Source of the DNA: Candidatus Aegiribacteria sp.
Lineage (GTDB): Bacteria > Fermentibacterota > Fermentibacteria > Fermentibacterales > JCC-6
DNA: 64,000 nucleotides
NCBI GenBank assembly: GCA_030620995.1
Contig: JAUXIK010000002.1
Coordinates: forward strand, 23,903-87,902
Reading direction: 5' to 3'
In this document: piece by piece, positions 55,080 through 64,000 of the stretch
Layout of the letters: each line of letters begins with the position of its first letter
Numbering within the stretch: position 1 is the stretch's first letter
Notes under the pieces: model-generated
The model's database searches: none
The model's input: only the letters and a program-made list of their open reading frames with translations
What the model was told of the DNA's origin: nothing
Made by a program: the position numbers and the translations under genes

Positions 55080-57188
55080 GTGAACAAGGATATCTTCAAC
55101 AGTTACTTTGAACTCGGACTGATCGGTATGACAATTACCACACCGGAAAAAGATTTCGTTGAAGTCAATAATTATCTCTGCAAAATGCTCGGTTACTCAA
55201 AAGAAGAACTTCTGAAGAAAAACTGGTCGGATCTGACCCATCCCGAGGATCAGGAACTCAATAGTAAATCCCTGAAAAGAGTGTTCGCAGGCGAGATTAA
55301 TGGCTATACACTCGAAAAACGCCTGATACACAAAGACGGCAGCACTATTCGTGTCAGTATCTCTTCGAAATCCTCAAGAAAGCAGGATGGATCAGTATCA
55401 GAATTCTTTTCACTTGTTCAGGATATCACAGAGAGAAAAAGGGCGGAAGAGGAAATCAGGAAATCGGAACTGAAATACAGAACTGTTGTTGAGAACGCAA
55501 CAGAAATGATCTGGCAGCTGGACAGAGAAGGGAATTTTGTTTTTTTCAACAAATGCGCAGAGAAAATATCTTCGCTGAAAAGCGATGATTGGAAAGGCAG
55601 GCAATACACACCGGCGATTCATCCGGATGATCTGGAAAAAGTGAGAAATGTCTTTATTGATACTCTAAGCGGGAATACCAACGAATATGAAGTCAGAATA
55701 CTGGTTGCAAAAGGTATAGTTGAACTTATGGTTCAGACACTTCCAATATATACCGATGGTGAGATTACCGGAACGCTCAGCTTCGGCAGGAATATCACAG
55801 AAGAGAAAAGATCAGAGCGAGCGTTAAAGGAATCTGAAAAGCGCTACCGTACCCTTCTTAACAATGTTCCTATTGGAGTGTTCCGATCAACCATCGGTTC
55901 GAAAGGTGGGACGTATCTTTCTGTAAATACTGTACTTGTAAAAATGTTCGGTTATGAAAACTCTGACAATATGATCAAGACCAGGGTATCTGAATGTTAT
56001 CATAACAAGAAGGATCGAAATACATTCATAACCAGTATCAGCCGTGAAGGTTCAGTTTCCGGATATGAAGTTCAGTTCAAGCGGAAAGATGGTTCGAGCT
56101 TCTGGGGCTCACTCTCGGCCAAGGCAGTAAGGGATGAGAATAACAAAATCAGATATTTTGATGGAGTTCTTGAAGATATTACTGAACGCAAAATTATCCA
56201 GGAAGCTCTCAGGGAATCGGAGGAGCGCTACCGCCGCCTTCTTGACCACAATCCTGCCGCGATTGTTGTTCATGTAAAGGGTAAAATCGTCTATGTCAAC
56301 AAGGCAAGCCTTGATCTCGTAGCCGCTTCCTCTCCCGAAGATGCCCTCGGTAAACAGGTTTTTAATTTTGTCCATCCCGATTACAGGGAAATTGTCCTTG
56401 AACGTATAAAACAGTGTCAGGTTGATGGTAAATTTTCAAAACCTATAGAGGAAAAGTTTCTTCGACTCGACGGCAAATCGGTTGATGTTGAAGTAACAGC
56501 GATACCGATAACGTACCAGGGTGAACCGGCGTCGCAGGTAGTCTTCTGGGATATTACCAGCAGAAAACAGGTTGAAGACAGTATACAAAGTAATCTGAAT
56601 GAACTGCATAAAACTCTTAAGGGAACAGTCGACGCGCTTTCTTCCGCTGTTGAAACAAGAGACCCCTACACGGCAGGTCATCAGAGGGAAGTGGCAGTAA
56701 TTGCCTGTGCAGTTGCGGAGGAAATGGGTCTTCCCGAGGATCTGATAGAGGGCTTGCGTGTCGCCAGTCTTCTTCATGACATAGGCAAAATTAAAATCCC
56801 GGCTGAGATTCTCAGTAAACCTACGATTCTGACAGACATAGAATATGAACTGATCAAGACTCATCCTCAGGCAGGACAGGAAATCCTGAAAACCATCAGT
56901 TTCCCCTGGCCTGTGGGAGAAATCGTTCTGCAGCACCAGGAAAGAATGGATGGCTCAGGCTATCCAAACAATCTTAAGGGAGATGAAATCTGTATGGAGG
57001 CACGGATCCTCGGAGTTGTGGATGTGGTGGAAGCAATGTGCTCTCATCGTCCCTACAGAAGCTCCCGTGGTATTGAAGAAGCTATTAAGGAGATCAAGCA
57101 AAACAGAGGCAAACTTTACGATGCCAAGGTTGTTGATGCATGCCTGAGATTGTTCAGGGAAGAAAAGTACTGTTTCGCTGCCACATAA
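55080..57188 (+). CDS. Multi-PAS sensor with HD-GYP output domain
   Basis: GTG start. Four PAS-like repeats each ending in DITERK/NITEEK linkers, then HDIGKIKIP and QHQERMDGSGYP. Confidence 0.88.
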   Translation: MNKDIFNSYFELGLIGMTITTPEKDFVEVNNYLCKMLGYSKEELLKKNWSDLTHPEDQELNSKSLKRVFAGEINGYTLEKRLIHKDGSTIRVSISSKSSRKQDGSVSEFFSLVQDITERKRAEEEIRKSELKYRTVVENATEMIWQLDREGNFVFFNKCAEKISSLKSDDWKGRQYTPAIHPDDLEKVRNVFIDTLSGNTNEYEVRILVAKGIVELMVQTLPIYTDGEITGTLSFGRNITEEKRSERALKESEKRYRTLLNNVPIGVFRSTIGSKGGTYLSVNTVLVKMFGYENSDNMIKTRVSECYHNKKDRNTFITSISREGSVSGYEVQFKRKDGSSFWGSLSAKAVRDENNKIRYFDGVLEDITERKIIQEALRESEERYRRLLDHNPAAIVVHVKGKIVYVNKASLDLVAASSPEDALGKQVFNFVHPDYREIVLERIKQCQVDGKFSKPIEEKFLRLDGKSVDVEVTAIPITYQGEPASQVVFWDITSRKQVEDSIQSNLNELHKTLKGTVDALSSAVETRDPYTAGHQREVAVIACAVAEEMGLPEDLIEGLRVASLLHDIGKIKIPAEILSKPTILTDIEYELIKTHPQAGQEILKTISFPWPVGEIVLQHQERMDGSGYPNNLKGDEICMEARILGVVDVVEAMCSHRPYRSSRGIEEAIKEIKQNRGKLYDAKVVDACLRLFREEKYCFAAT

Positions 57189-57240
57189 ACCAGTCGAATT
57201 CCACGACGGGTATCTGTATTCAGGAAAAATCGGAGGGGTT

Positions 57241-57810
57241 ATGAAGAGTGCTATGAAAGCAGTCCTTATGATGAGTGTGCTGGTATTTGCAGCTACAGCT
57301 GTAATGGCTATGGAACGTGATGGGGTCGAGTATCCCGATCAAATTACTGTAGAGGGAATTGACCTGGTACTGAACGGTCTGGGAACGCGTGAAGCAACCA
57401 TATTCAAGGTTAACGTATACGTAGCAGCTCTCTATCTGGAAAACCCCTCCAGTGACGGGTATGCCATCTGTCAATCGGAAGAGACCAAACGACTCATTCT
57501 TCAATTCGTTCGCGATGTCGGTGGAGGAGACATTACTGACGCATGGACGGAAGGCTTCGTAAAGAACACAGGCGACAACCTGTTGGAATATCAGGATCGC
57601 ATTGAAATGCTGAACTCATGGATGAGTGACATAGATGATGGCGAGAGAATGGTATTTACCTACATTCCAGGCACAGGGCTCGAAGTGTCTGTGCTAGGTG
57701 ATTTCAAGGGTGTGATCGAAGGGGCAGACTTTGCAAGTGCTTTCTTCTCCATCTGGCTTGGAGACAATCCTCCGAACAGAGGGCTTCGGAACGGACTTCT
57801 CGGAGACTGA
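57241..57810 (+). CDS. Secreted chalcone-isomerase-like family protein
   Basis: Signal peptide, then LVLNGLGTREATIFKVNVYVAALYL and FFSIWLGDNP. Confidence 0.7.
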   Translation: MKSAMKAVLMMSVLVFAATAVMAMERDGVEYPDQITVEGIDLVLNGLGTREATIFKVNVYVAALYLENPSSDGYAICQSEETKRLILQFVRDVGGGDITDAWTEGFVKNTGDNLLEYQDRIEMLNSWMSDIDDGERMVFTYIPGTGLEVSVLGDFKGVIEGADFASAFFSIWLGDNPPNRGLRNGLLGD

Positions 57811-58146
57811 GGAAAACCCCAAAGCAAGAACCGCCCTGACAGTACATTTGCGGTTCCCCGCGTGACAACCGCATCCTGGCCGCGGATCTCAGCTGTAACC
57901 ATGATCTGCATCTTTATGTCTGGAATTAAGTCTGATTACACTTTCCGGAGACCGGTATGCACAGGATTGTCGGGAGGAATTGCCGTAACAGCTCAGGGAT
58001 TTGACAGTGGCAGGAGGATTTTGTTATTGTCGTTCCTGGATTAAATACTGCTGGAAACAGGATTATCGAAGGTATTTCATGACAATACTCCCGATTAATC
58101 AAGATACAGTTTCGATTAACATTTTGCATTGAAAGGAAGAAGCATC

Positions 58147-58716
58147 ATGAAGGAAATAGCACAGGAAGTACATCCTGAATTCCAGAAAATGCAGAAGATA
58201 CTGTATGATAACAAAGGTTGGCTCATGGGCATCGGCATAGCCTTTGTAATTCTCGGGATCATCGGATTAGGCATATCCGCTACTCTTGGTCTAACTATTA
58301 CCGGGCTATTCGGTGTTCTGCTCATAGTAGGCGGATGTATTCAGTTCATTCACACTTTCACAATCAAAGCCTGGAAAGGCCGCATATACCTTATCATATC
58401 CTCCTTTATCTACCTGCTGGCAGGGATCATTATTGTGGTGAATCCGGTGAAATCCGAGATGTTCCTTACCCTGATGCTTGCGTGTATGTTTATTTTTGTG
58501 GGTACCCTTCGTATATGCATGGCATTTCAGAAGCACAGTTTCAAGAACAGGTTATGGACTATCATCAACGGTGCAATATCCGTCATTCTAGGAATTATCA
58601 TTATCTCGAACTGGCCGTTCTCGGGCTTACTTGTCATCGGTCTGCTAATCTCAATTGAACTTATCATGAACGGCTGGACATTCGTATTCGTTGCTTCTCA
58701 ACTGAAGAAGCCATAG
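58147..58716 (+). CDS. HdeD/DUF308-family membrane protein
   Basis: Six hydrophobic helices with repeated GIxxIxLGIIxI segments. ATG at 58147 follows AAAGGAAG. Confidence 0.65.
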   Translation: MKEIAQEVHPEFQKMQKILYDNKGWLMGIGIAFVILGIIGLGISATLGLTITGLFGVLLIVGGCIQFIHTFTIKAWKGRIYLIISSFIYLLAGIIIVVNPVKSEMFLTLMLACMFIFVGTLRICMAFQKHSFKNRLWTIINGAISVILGIIIISNWPFSGLLVIGLLISIELIMNGWTFVFVASQLKKP

Positions 58717-58785
58717 CGCTTTCAACGGCAATTTCTGTTCTCTTGAATGAAAAGCATGAAGAAAAGTAACTGAAATTCGAAGATG

Positions 58786-59415
58786 TCAGAGCAGTACAAT
58801 TGAATGCGCGGAACGGACGAAAAAGGCTTTGCAGTCTTCCCAGATGAATGGCACAAGCATCCGGGGCATGGGCTCTTTTTCCGCATCTTCAAAGTATGTA
58901 AGGCTTTTGAGAATACTGTATGTGTTAATTCTTGATGTGCTGTACTTCTCCGGAAGAAGCCGGAAATATTCCTGCAGTGTAGTTTCTCCGCGAAGAATGA
59001 TATAGAGATCGATAAAGTCCTTGCGGCTTCCTCGGTTGGAAATTGCAATGAGTTTCATCAATGCGATCTCACGGATGTCCGCAATCCTGAAGCTGCGGTA
59101 TGCGATTCCCTTGAAGATGAAGGGGGAATGCGCTCTGAAGAATGACACCTTCGTACCTTGAAGGAGTACAGTCAGGGTATGCGAAGCTTCCTGCAATGTT
59201 TCATACTTACCGTAGCACTTGAGTTTCTCATGCAGTTCTCTCGCGTCCCGGAGATCAGTTCTGAAAAAGTCAAAATCGTTTGAAATCCTGTGACCTGTCT
59301 GCAAGGCCAGACCCGTTCCCCCGGCCAGTATCCAGTTCTCTAAAATCGACGACGGCCCGGATTCAATTTCCTTCAGAAGTTCCAGGCTGTTTTCCGGGAG
59401 GACTTTTTCATGCAT
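58786..59415 (-). CDS. AbiEii/AbiGii-family nucleotidyltransferase toxin (type IV TA)
   Basis: LAGGTGLALQTGHRISNDFDFF (NTase GS/D..D), KLIAISNRGSRKDFIDLY, LTYFEDAE. Confidence 0.8.
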   Translation of the reverse strand: MHEKVLPENSLELLKEIESGPSSILENWILAGGTGLALQTGHRISNDFDFFRTDLRDARELHEKLKCYGKYETLQEASHTLTVLLQGTKVSFFRAHSPFIFKGIAYRSFRIADIREIALMKLIAISNRGSRKDFIDLYIILRGETTLQEYFRLLPEKYSTSRINTYSILKSLTYFEDAEKEPMPRMLVPFIWEDCKAFFVRSAHSIVLL

Positions 59416-59894
59416 GGCATACCTTCTTTCTTCAGAATGTTGTTCCAGAATACCATTGTTTTCGGGGACAGCCTGGTAATTTTCAGAACGGATTCGAGAA
59501 ACAGATCGCGACCCATGAGTATCTGAAGTGAATGAACATCTTTCAATTGACCTGATTCCAGCACTCTTTCCACTGTCCAGACAGGATACTTATCCAGTAT
59601 CCCGGAGTTGAAGTCGCTGTCCCAGAATAGCCGCTTGAGTTCGTCAATAAGCTCGGATTCACGAATATCCGCTTTATTGGATACTTCAGAGGGAACGAAT
59701 TCTATTGACAGTCTGCAGCCCAGGGCCATAGCCAGTTTTCTGAGGGTTGATACTTCGAACCTGGTCCAGCCGTTCTCGTATCTTGATAACGTAGCAGGCG
59801 AGGTATCGGCAAGCCTGGCGAGTTCCGTAAGGGAAAGACCACGCTCCAGCCTGCGCTTCCTGAGTTTCTCCGAAATGGACAGTTCATTCTTCAT
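59373..59894 (-). CDS. XRE-family HTH antitoxin-like protein
   Basis: LRKRRLERGLSLTELARLADTSPATLSRYENG HTH plus a roughly 100-aa C-terminal domain. Its 3' end overlaps the toxin start by 43 nt. An alternative GTG start is at 59975. Confidence 0.7.
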   Translation of the reverse strand: MKNELSISEKLRKRRLERGLSLTELARLADTSPATLSRYENGWTRFEVSTLRKLAMALGCRLSIEFVPSEVSNKADIRESELIDELKRLFWDSDFNSGILDKYPVWTVERVLESGQLKDVHSLQILMGRDLFLESVLKITRLSPKTMVFWNNILKKEGMPCMKKSSRKTAWNF

Positions 59895-60283
59895 GCTATT
59901 ATCATATATGATAACACTTGGCCGGTCAAACTCCGCATCGCCATGAGTGGACCAGAAGCAAGCATCTCTCTCCACCGCGAGCGACCATAGTCCAGAATCA
60001 CGAGACCGCTCAATTCACCGAGAGCTGTTAAAGGATTCGCAAGCCCTGAACGATCAGCAGGATTTTCAGTTATACAACTACTCAGTGACTTGAGCAGATC
60101 CGATCTCTTAATCATATCTGCAAAATCCTTGAAAATACGGACTTGACTTACTGATTTTCAAGTATAGTTGTAAAAATGGAATACTTGTTTCTCTTTATTC
60201 GCAATTATGGTCTTTGACAAAAGATCTGAATCAGCAACTTCAGTATAAAGAAAAAGCACTCACGAAGGGGGCATTCCCTTTAT

Positions 60284-60329
60284 GGCTGACCGTCTGTCTG
60301 AGAGTTGGAACTCTTTCAGCGAATGGTTA
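60284..60329 (+). repeat. Partial copy (A) of the 61443/63341 intergenic repeat
   Basis: GGCTGACCGTCTGTCTGAGAGTTGGAACTCTTTCAGCGAATGGTTA matches the 3' half of copy B with few differences. Confidence 0.8.
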
Positions 60330-60428
60330 CAGCTGATCGAACCTGTTTACAATAATTTAGTCATATAGAATAATACTAACTGTGAATACAATCTTTAAGC
60401 TCATTGATCTTGATAAACTGGAGACGTA

Positions 60429-61424
60429 ATGTTACGAATTGCACTGATTTCACTATTTATCTTCGTGCTGGCATGCTCAGATTCGATCGGACCATCCTAC
60501 AACGAGTATTCAAAGATATCTATTATCGATACCAGCACCGGAGTCATATCTGATGAAATCGATATTGATGCCGGAATCACAAGGATGTGCATTTCCCCCG
60601 ATGGCAGTTACCTGTACGTTGTTCAGTATTCGGAGGACGATATAATACAGGTAAACTGTCTTACACGTTCGGTGAGCGGAAGTCTGAGTTTAGGAGCATA
60701 CGATCATTGCATCGATCTGTGCCTGAATGATCAGGGAAATGAACTCTATGCCAATTATTATGACAAGATATTCATTATTGATGTACCATCACTTACAACC
60801 GGAGATTCCGTTTATTCTGATATTATGGGCGTTGGCAGAATTACATACAGACCTGGAACTGATCTGCTTTACGCATCTTTCTACCAAGCACCTGGCTTTA
60901 CGGGGATTTATGTAATCGATGTTGCTCAATGTGAGGTAGTAAATACACTTGATTACTGGACATCGAATCTTGTTTTTTCTGAAACTGGAAATGATCTTTA
61001 CATAAACCAAGAAATGGTGGTCAAACGTGTGGATCCTGACCTTGGTTATGAACTTGCTTCTTTTAACGTTAATCACATGGTCAGTGGGATATGTCTCGAT
61101 CCAAGTTCGAATACCGTTTATGTCTCCTGGTTTGACTCCGAAAATACCGAAGGTGGTGTAATCTCCCTGGATGGAAGTACACTGTCATTGCAGGATTCGG
61201 TGAATATCAATTATGGTGTAAGCTACTTATGCCATGTTCCGGTGAAGGAAAACCTTTACCTGGGAATCAGAAATACCTTAAGTGGCGATAAGATAATAGT
61301 ACTTGACCTGCCCAGCCTGAATACAATCAATGAGATCAATATTCCGGAAGGTTTGAAGGATATGGTTGCAGATCCATCGGGTGATTACGTTTACTGCAGC
61401 ATCGAATATTCAGTCGATCCTTAA
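60429..61424 (+). CDS. Lipoprotein, YVTN/YncE-like beta-propeller
   Basis: Lipobox FVLACSDS. Recurrent SPDGSYLYVV, DPSSNTVYVS and DPSGDYVYCS blade motifs. Confidence 0.7.
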   Translation: MLRIALISLFIFVLACSDSIGPSYNEYSKISIIDTSTGVISDEIDIDAGITRMCISPDGSYLYVVQYSEDDIIQVNCLTRSVSGSLSLGAYDHCIDLCLNDQGNELYANYYDKIFIIDVPSLTTGDSVYSDIMGVGRITYRPGTDLLYASFYQAPGFTGIYVIDVAQCEVVNTLDYWTSNLVFSETGNDLYINQEMVVKRVDPDLGYELASFNVNHMVSGICLDPSSNTVYVSWFDSENTEGGVISLDGSTLSLQDSVNINYGVSYLCHVPVKENLYLGIRNTLSGDKIIVLDLPSLNTINEINIPEGLKDMVADPSGDYVYCSIEYSVDP

Positions 61425-61442
61425 TCGTAGCCTTAAACACAT

Positions 61443-61546
61443 AGAATAGCGAAGGCCTTCAACGTCATAGAGGCGTCAAAGGCTTCACCGTCAAAACTGG
61501 CTGGCGGGCTGTCTGAGAGTTGGAACACTTTCAGCAATTGGTTATG
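61443..61546 (+). repeat. Intergenic repeat copy B (104-bp core)
   Basis: AGAATAGCGAAGGCCTTCAACGTCATAGAGGCGTCAAAGGCTTCACCGTCAAAACTGGCTGGC...AGTTGGAACACTTTCAGCAATTGGTTATG. Near-identical to 63341-63444. Confidence 0.95.
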
Positions 61547-61672
61547 TGAAATAACTCAATAAATCTACGATATCATTGAATGTTTCTGTTACTTAGGCAT
61601 TTTATTACCACGATGATGGTTTTGGCGTATGGGTAAGAGTTAGACTTTGCCTTTGGTGTTGAGCGGTTTTCT

Positions 61673-63001
61673 TTAACGCCTGCCACGGTTGTATCCACTA
61701 CTTCGAGAATGAGCACCCTTGCTCATTTTCGTTCTGTTTCCATTACCGCGACCGAAATTCTTCGGAGCCGGCAAGTTGGAATGGAACGCTTCGTGGCAAT
61801 GATAGGCGTGCTCCATCTCGGTGGGTAATTGTTTGCCCAGCAAGTGTTCTATTTCCCGCAGGTAGGCTCGATCCTCGGCGCTGCAGAACGAAATAGCATC
61901 ACCGTTCGCTCCCGCTCGTGCAGTGCGTCCGATTCTGTGTATGTATGTTTCAGATTCCATGGGAAGATCGTAATTGATTACATGGGTGATGTCGTCCACA
62001 TCCAATCCTCGTGCTGCCACGTCTGTAGCGACAAGCACTCGGAAACGGCCCCGCTTGAAGCCATCCAACGCCCTGATGCGTCCAGCCTGGCTTTTGTTGC
62101 CGTGAATGGCAGTACTTTTAACACCAGTTGCAGATAACTTTGAAACCACTTTGTTTGCGGTATGCTTCATCTGAGTGAAAATGAGAGCCTTACATATTGA
62201 TGGGTCGCTCAGAAGAGATAACAGGAGGGCATCCTTGTTCTTTTTCCCGACAAAGAGCACCTTCTGGGTAATGTTCTCCACAACAGGTTGATCTGGTGTG
62301 ATGGTAATCCTTATGGGATTGCGAACCATGGTTCTGGCCAGCCCCACAATTTTAGGAGCCATAGTAGCGGAAAATAACAGGGTCTGACGATCATCTGGAA
62401 CATAAGACAACACCCTCTTAATGTCGGGAATGAAACCCATGTCAAGCATCCGATCTCCTTCATCCAGAATAAAAACTTCCACCTCATTCAGGTGGATGAA
62501 TCCCTGTTGCATCAGATCAAGCAGTCGGCCGGGCGTAGCAACGAGAATATCGATTCCGTTATTCATGGCTTTAACTTGTTGAAACTGTTTCACTCCACCG
62601 TAGATCACAGCATGTCGGAGTTTTAAGAAGCGACCATAAGTATGGATGCTCTCTCCTATCTGCGCCGCGAGTTCACGCGTTGGGGTGAGAATGAGGGCAC
62701 GGGGAGTTCTTTGTTGGGGCCGGCGGTAGTTGTTGTTCAGCCGTTGTAGAAGTGGTAGAGCAAAGGCGGCAGTTTTCCCGGTGCCTGTCTGGGCAGTACC
62801 CAACAGGTCCCGCCCGTTTAGCAAGTGCGGAATGCACTGCTCCTGAATGGGTGTGGGAGTAGTATAGCCTTCCGAAGCTAAAGCCCGTTGAATCTCTGGA
62901 ATCAATATGCCAAAGACGCCTTTTGGAAGTGAGAACTTCTGTGGCGTTATGGAATGGTTTTTTCGCGAGCCTATCTCGCGAGAGCGTACTTGTTTTCGCA
63001 T
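61673..63001 (-). CDS. DEAD-box ATP-dependent RNA helicase (RhlE-like) with DEGD motif II
   Basis: Q motif TPTPIQ, AQTGTGKTAAF, LDEGDRMLDMGF, SAT, HRIGRTARAG, basic Gly/Arg-rich tail. Confidence 0.9.
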   Translation of the reverse strand: MRKQVRSREIGSRKNHSITPQKFSLPKGVFGILIPEIQRALASEGYTTPTPIQEQCIPHLLNGRDLLGTAQTGTGKTAAFALPLLQRLNNNYRRPQQRTPRALILTPTRELAAQIGESIHTYGRFLKLRHAVIYGGVKQFQQVKAMNNGIDILVATPGRLLDLMQQGFIHLNEVEVFILDEGDRMLDMGFIPDIKRVLSYVPDDRQTLLFSATMAPKIVGLARTMVRNPIRITITPDQPVVENITQKVLFVGKKNKDALLLSLLSDPSICKALIFTQMKHTANKVVSKLSATGVKSTAIHGNKSQAGRIRALDGFKRGRFRVLVATDVAARGLDVDDITHVINYDLPMESETYIHRIGRTARAGANGDAISFCSAEDRAYLREIEHLLGKQLPTEMEHAYHCHEAFHSNLPAPKNFGRGNGNRTKMSKGAHSRSSGYNRGRR

Positions 63002-63340
63002 GTTTTTCCTGGTCCGGGGTTTTACAAATCTCTACCCGCCGGACGCGTGGAAAAGAAGTGTCGCAATTATTGCGACAATCGACATCTTCAATTTAAATAA
63101 TTGGGATGATCGATCTGAATTGCTGGATAATCTCAAGAAGTGTAATTAGGGCAAATGCCCTGTCAAACAATTATTATAAAGAGTTATCACTAATGAAATA
63201 TACTTGGATATCAAAGAAACGCCAACAAATAGCTTTCTGAACGCGATTCACAAGCCGTGGTAATCTAAAATCATGTTTGCTTCAGATTACTGTCAGCGAA
63301 GCGCTTGGAGTACTCTATGGAAGAGAGTTATTCGAACCCC

Positions 63341-63444
63341 AGAATAGCGAAGGCCTTCAACGTCATAGAGGCGTCAAAGGCTTCACCATCAAAACTGGCT
63401 GGCCAGATTTCCGGGAGTTGGAACACTTTCTGCGATTGGTTATG
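63341..63444 (+). repeat. Intergenic repeat copy C (104-bp core)
   Basis: 62 of the first 63 nt are identical to copy B. A 12-nt divergent block follows, then 27 of 29 identical. Weaker similarity continues for about 45 nt. Confidence 0.95.
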
Positions 63445-63603
63445 CATAATAGCTAAATAAACATACCATATCTGCGAATGTTAGGCACATTCCATTGTTT
63501 CTGCGAACAGCTAATCCTGAAGGCAAACCCAGTGAAACTGCTAAATGTTTGAAGAACAATCCTGTGCGCTTGGTATTAATGCCGAGTAGTATTTGGAACT
63601 ATT

Positions 63604-64000
63604 CTACAGTTTTAGCAACATCACTGCAGATGAGATATCACCAGAAGATAATCTTGCAGAATAGATACCATCAGGAAGCTCTGCACCTGATGTCGATCTC
63701 CCGTTCCAGCTATAGGCTGTATCACCGCCGCCTAAGACAGGCTCGAGTTCCACAACCATTCTACCTGTAAGGTCATAGATATGAAGATTTGGAGAACCAT
63801 ATGTTAAACCTGGAACCGAAACGGTTACTGTACTCGAGAATGGATTTGGAACGGCTTCGAGTCGAAAGTAGGAAAAGGAACCAGATTCCTCTTCAACACC
63901 CAAACCATAGTAAACAAGTGAAATCAGATCTGTATCAGGATCACTCAACCATAGAAATTCATCTGTTGGCATTTCAAGGAAATCAGCAATTCCAACAACA
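63604..64000 (-). CDS. T9SS-type CTD cargo protein, C-terminal fragment (5' end outside window)
   Basis: The frame stays open upstream of the listed Met to the window edge. The C-terminus VPNPFSSTVTVSV...LHIYDLTGRMV...DGIYSARL...VMLLKL fits the Por/T9SS sorting domain. Confidence 0.7.
   Translation of the reverse strand, partial: VVGIADFLEMPTDEFLWLSDPDTDLISLVYYGLGVEEESGSFSYFRLEAVPNPFSSTVTVSVPGLTYGSPNLHIYDLTGRMVVELEPVLGGGDTAYSWNGRSTSGAELPDGIYSARLSSGDISSAVMLLKL

Noticed and set aside
57828-57856. Hairpins after the CHI-like gene (GAACCGC-N15-GCGGTTC) and after the methyltransferase gene (54946-54967), considered as intrinsic terminators
   Set aside because: The stems are short (7 bp) and are not followed by a T-run, so I cannot support a terminator call from sequence alone.
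59891-60115. 74-aa minus-strand ORF upstream of the XRE antitoxin
   Set aside because: There is no RBS, no motif, and it overlaps the alternative antitoxin N-terminal extension. There is insufficient support for calling it a third TA component.
61443-63444. Diversity-generating retroelement (template/variable repeat pair)
   Set aside because: There is no reverse transcriptase in the window. Both copies are intergenic rather than at the 3' end of a target gene. The differences (G/A, A/T, A/G and a 12-nt block) are not adenine-specific.

Overview
Dense 64-kb segment with about 60 genes, mostly chromosomal-looking, from a diderm bacterium. Four proteins end in T9SS-type (Por) C-terminal sorting domains. 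By inference this suggests an FCB-superphylum-like or related uncultured lineage, but no taxon can be proven from this window.

Gene content, left to right:
- partial SxtJ-like protein plus NodU/CmcH carbamoyltransferase
- tRNA-Glu(CUC) plus gltX
- sucC, sucD, two-subunit class I fumarase, malic enzyme, ACT protein
- sppA with an unusual N-terminal extension
- birA preceded by a bioO-like inverted repeat
- DUF1015 and secreted beta-propellers
- complete preQ1 pathway (queC-queE-queD-folE2, with convergent queF)
- a c-di-GMP block: two tandem TPR-HD-GYP paralogs translationally coupled to queF, a GGDEF cyclase, and a third PAS-HD-GYP at 55 kb
- addB/addA-type helicase-nuclease
- a secreted six-repeat propeller gene bracketed by 29-bp tandem repeat arrays
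- two tandem C25 (gingipain-like) peptidases
- a patatin-POTRA-Omp85 (PlpD-like, type Vd) protein
- a tightly packed metH-SDR-larB-hydE-like-redoxin-larC operon with divergent larE
- a more mosaic stretch: DUF1847, PH-domain protein, internally deleted NCS2 permease, GYD, P-loop kinase-like, PEBP, THUMP methyltransferase, CHI-like, HdeD, AbiEii/XRE toxin-antitoxin, YVTN propeller, DEGD-variant DEAD-box helicase, partial T9SS cargo

The best candidate for something new is the lar operon: nickel-pincer cofactor genes with an embedded HydE-type radical-SAM and no LarA in the window.

No rRNA, CRISPR array, cas gene, transposase, integrase or phage structural gene was recognised.

Non-coding structure not explained by genes:
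- a GGGGACA-hairpin / 29-bp tandem repeat family at three loci
- two roughly 100-bp elements with perfect 20-22-bp terminal inverted repeats
- a roughly 105-150-bp repeat present three times around the YVTN and helicase genes
- a 19-nt duplicate of the tRNA-Glu 3' end

All calls come from reading the supplied translations and the DNA by eye. No database search or folding program was run.
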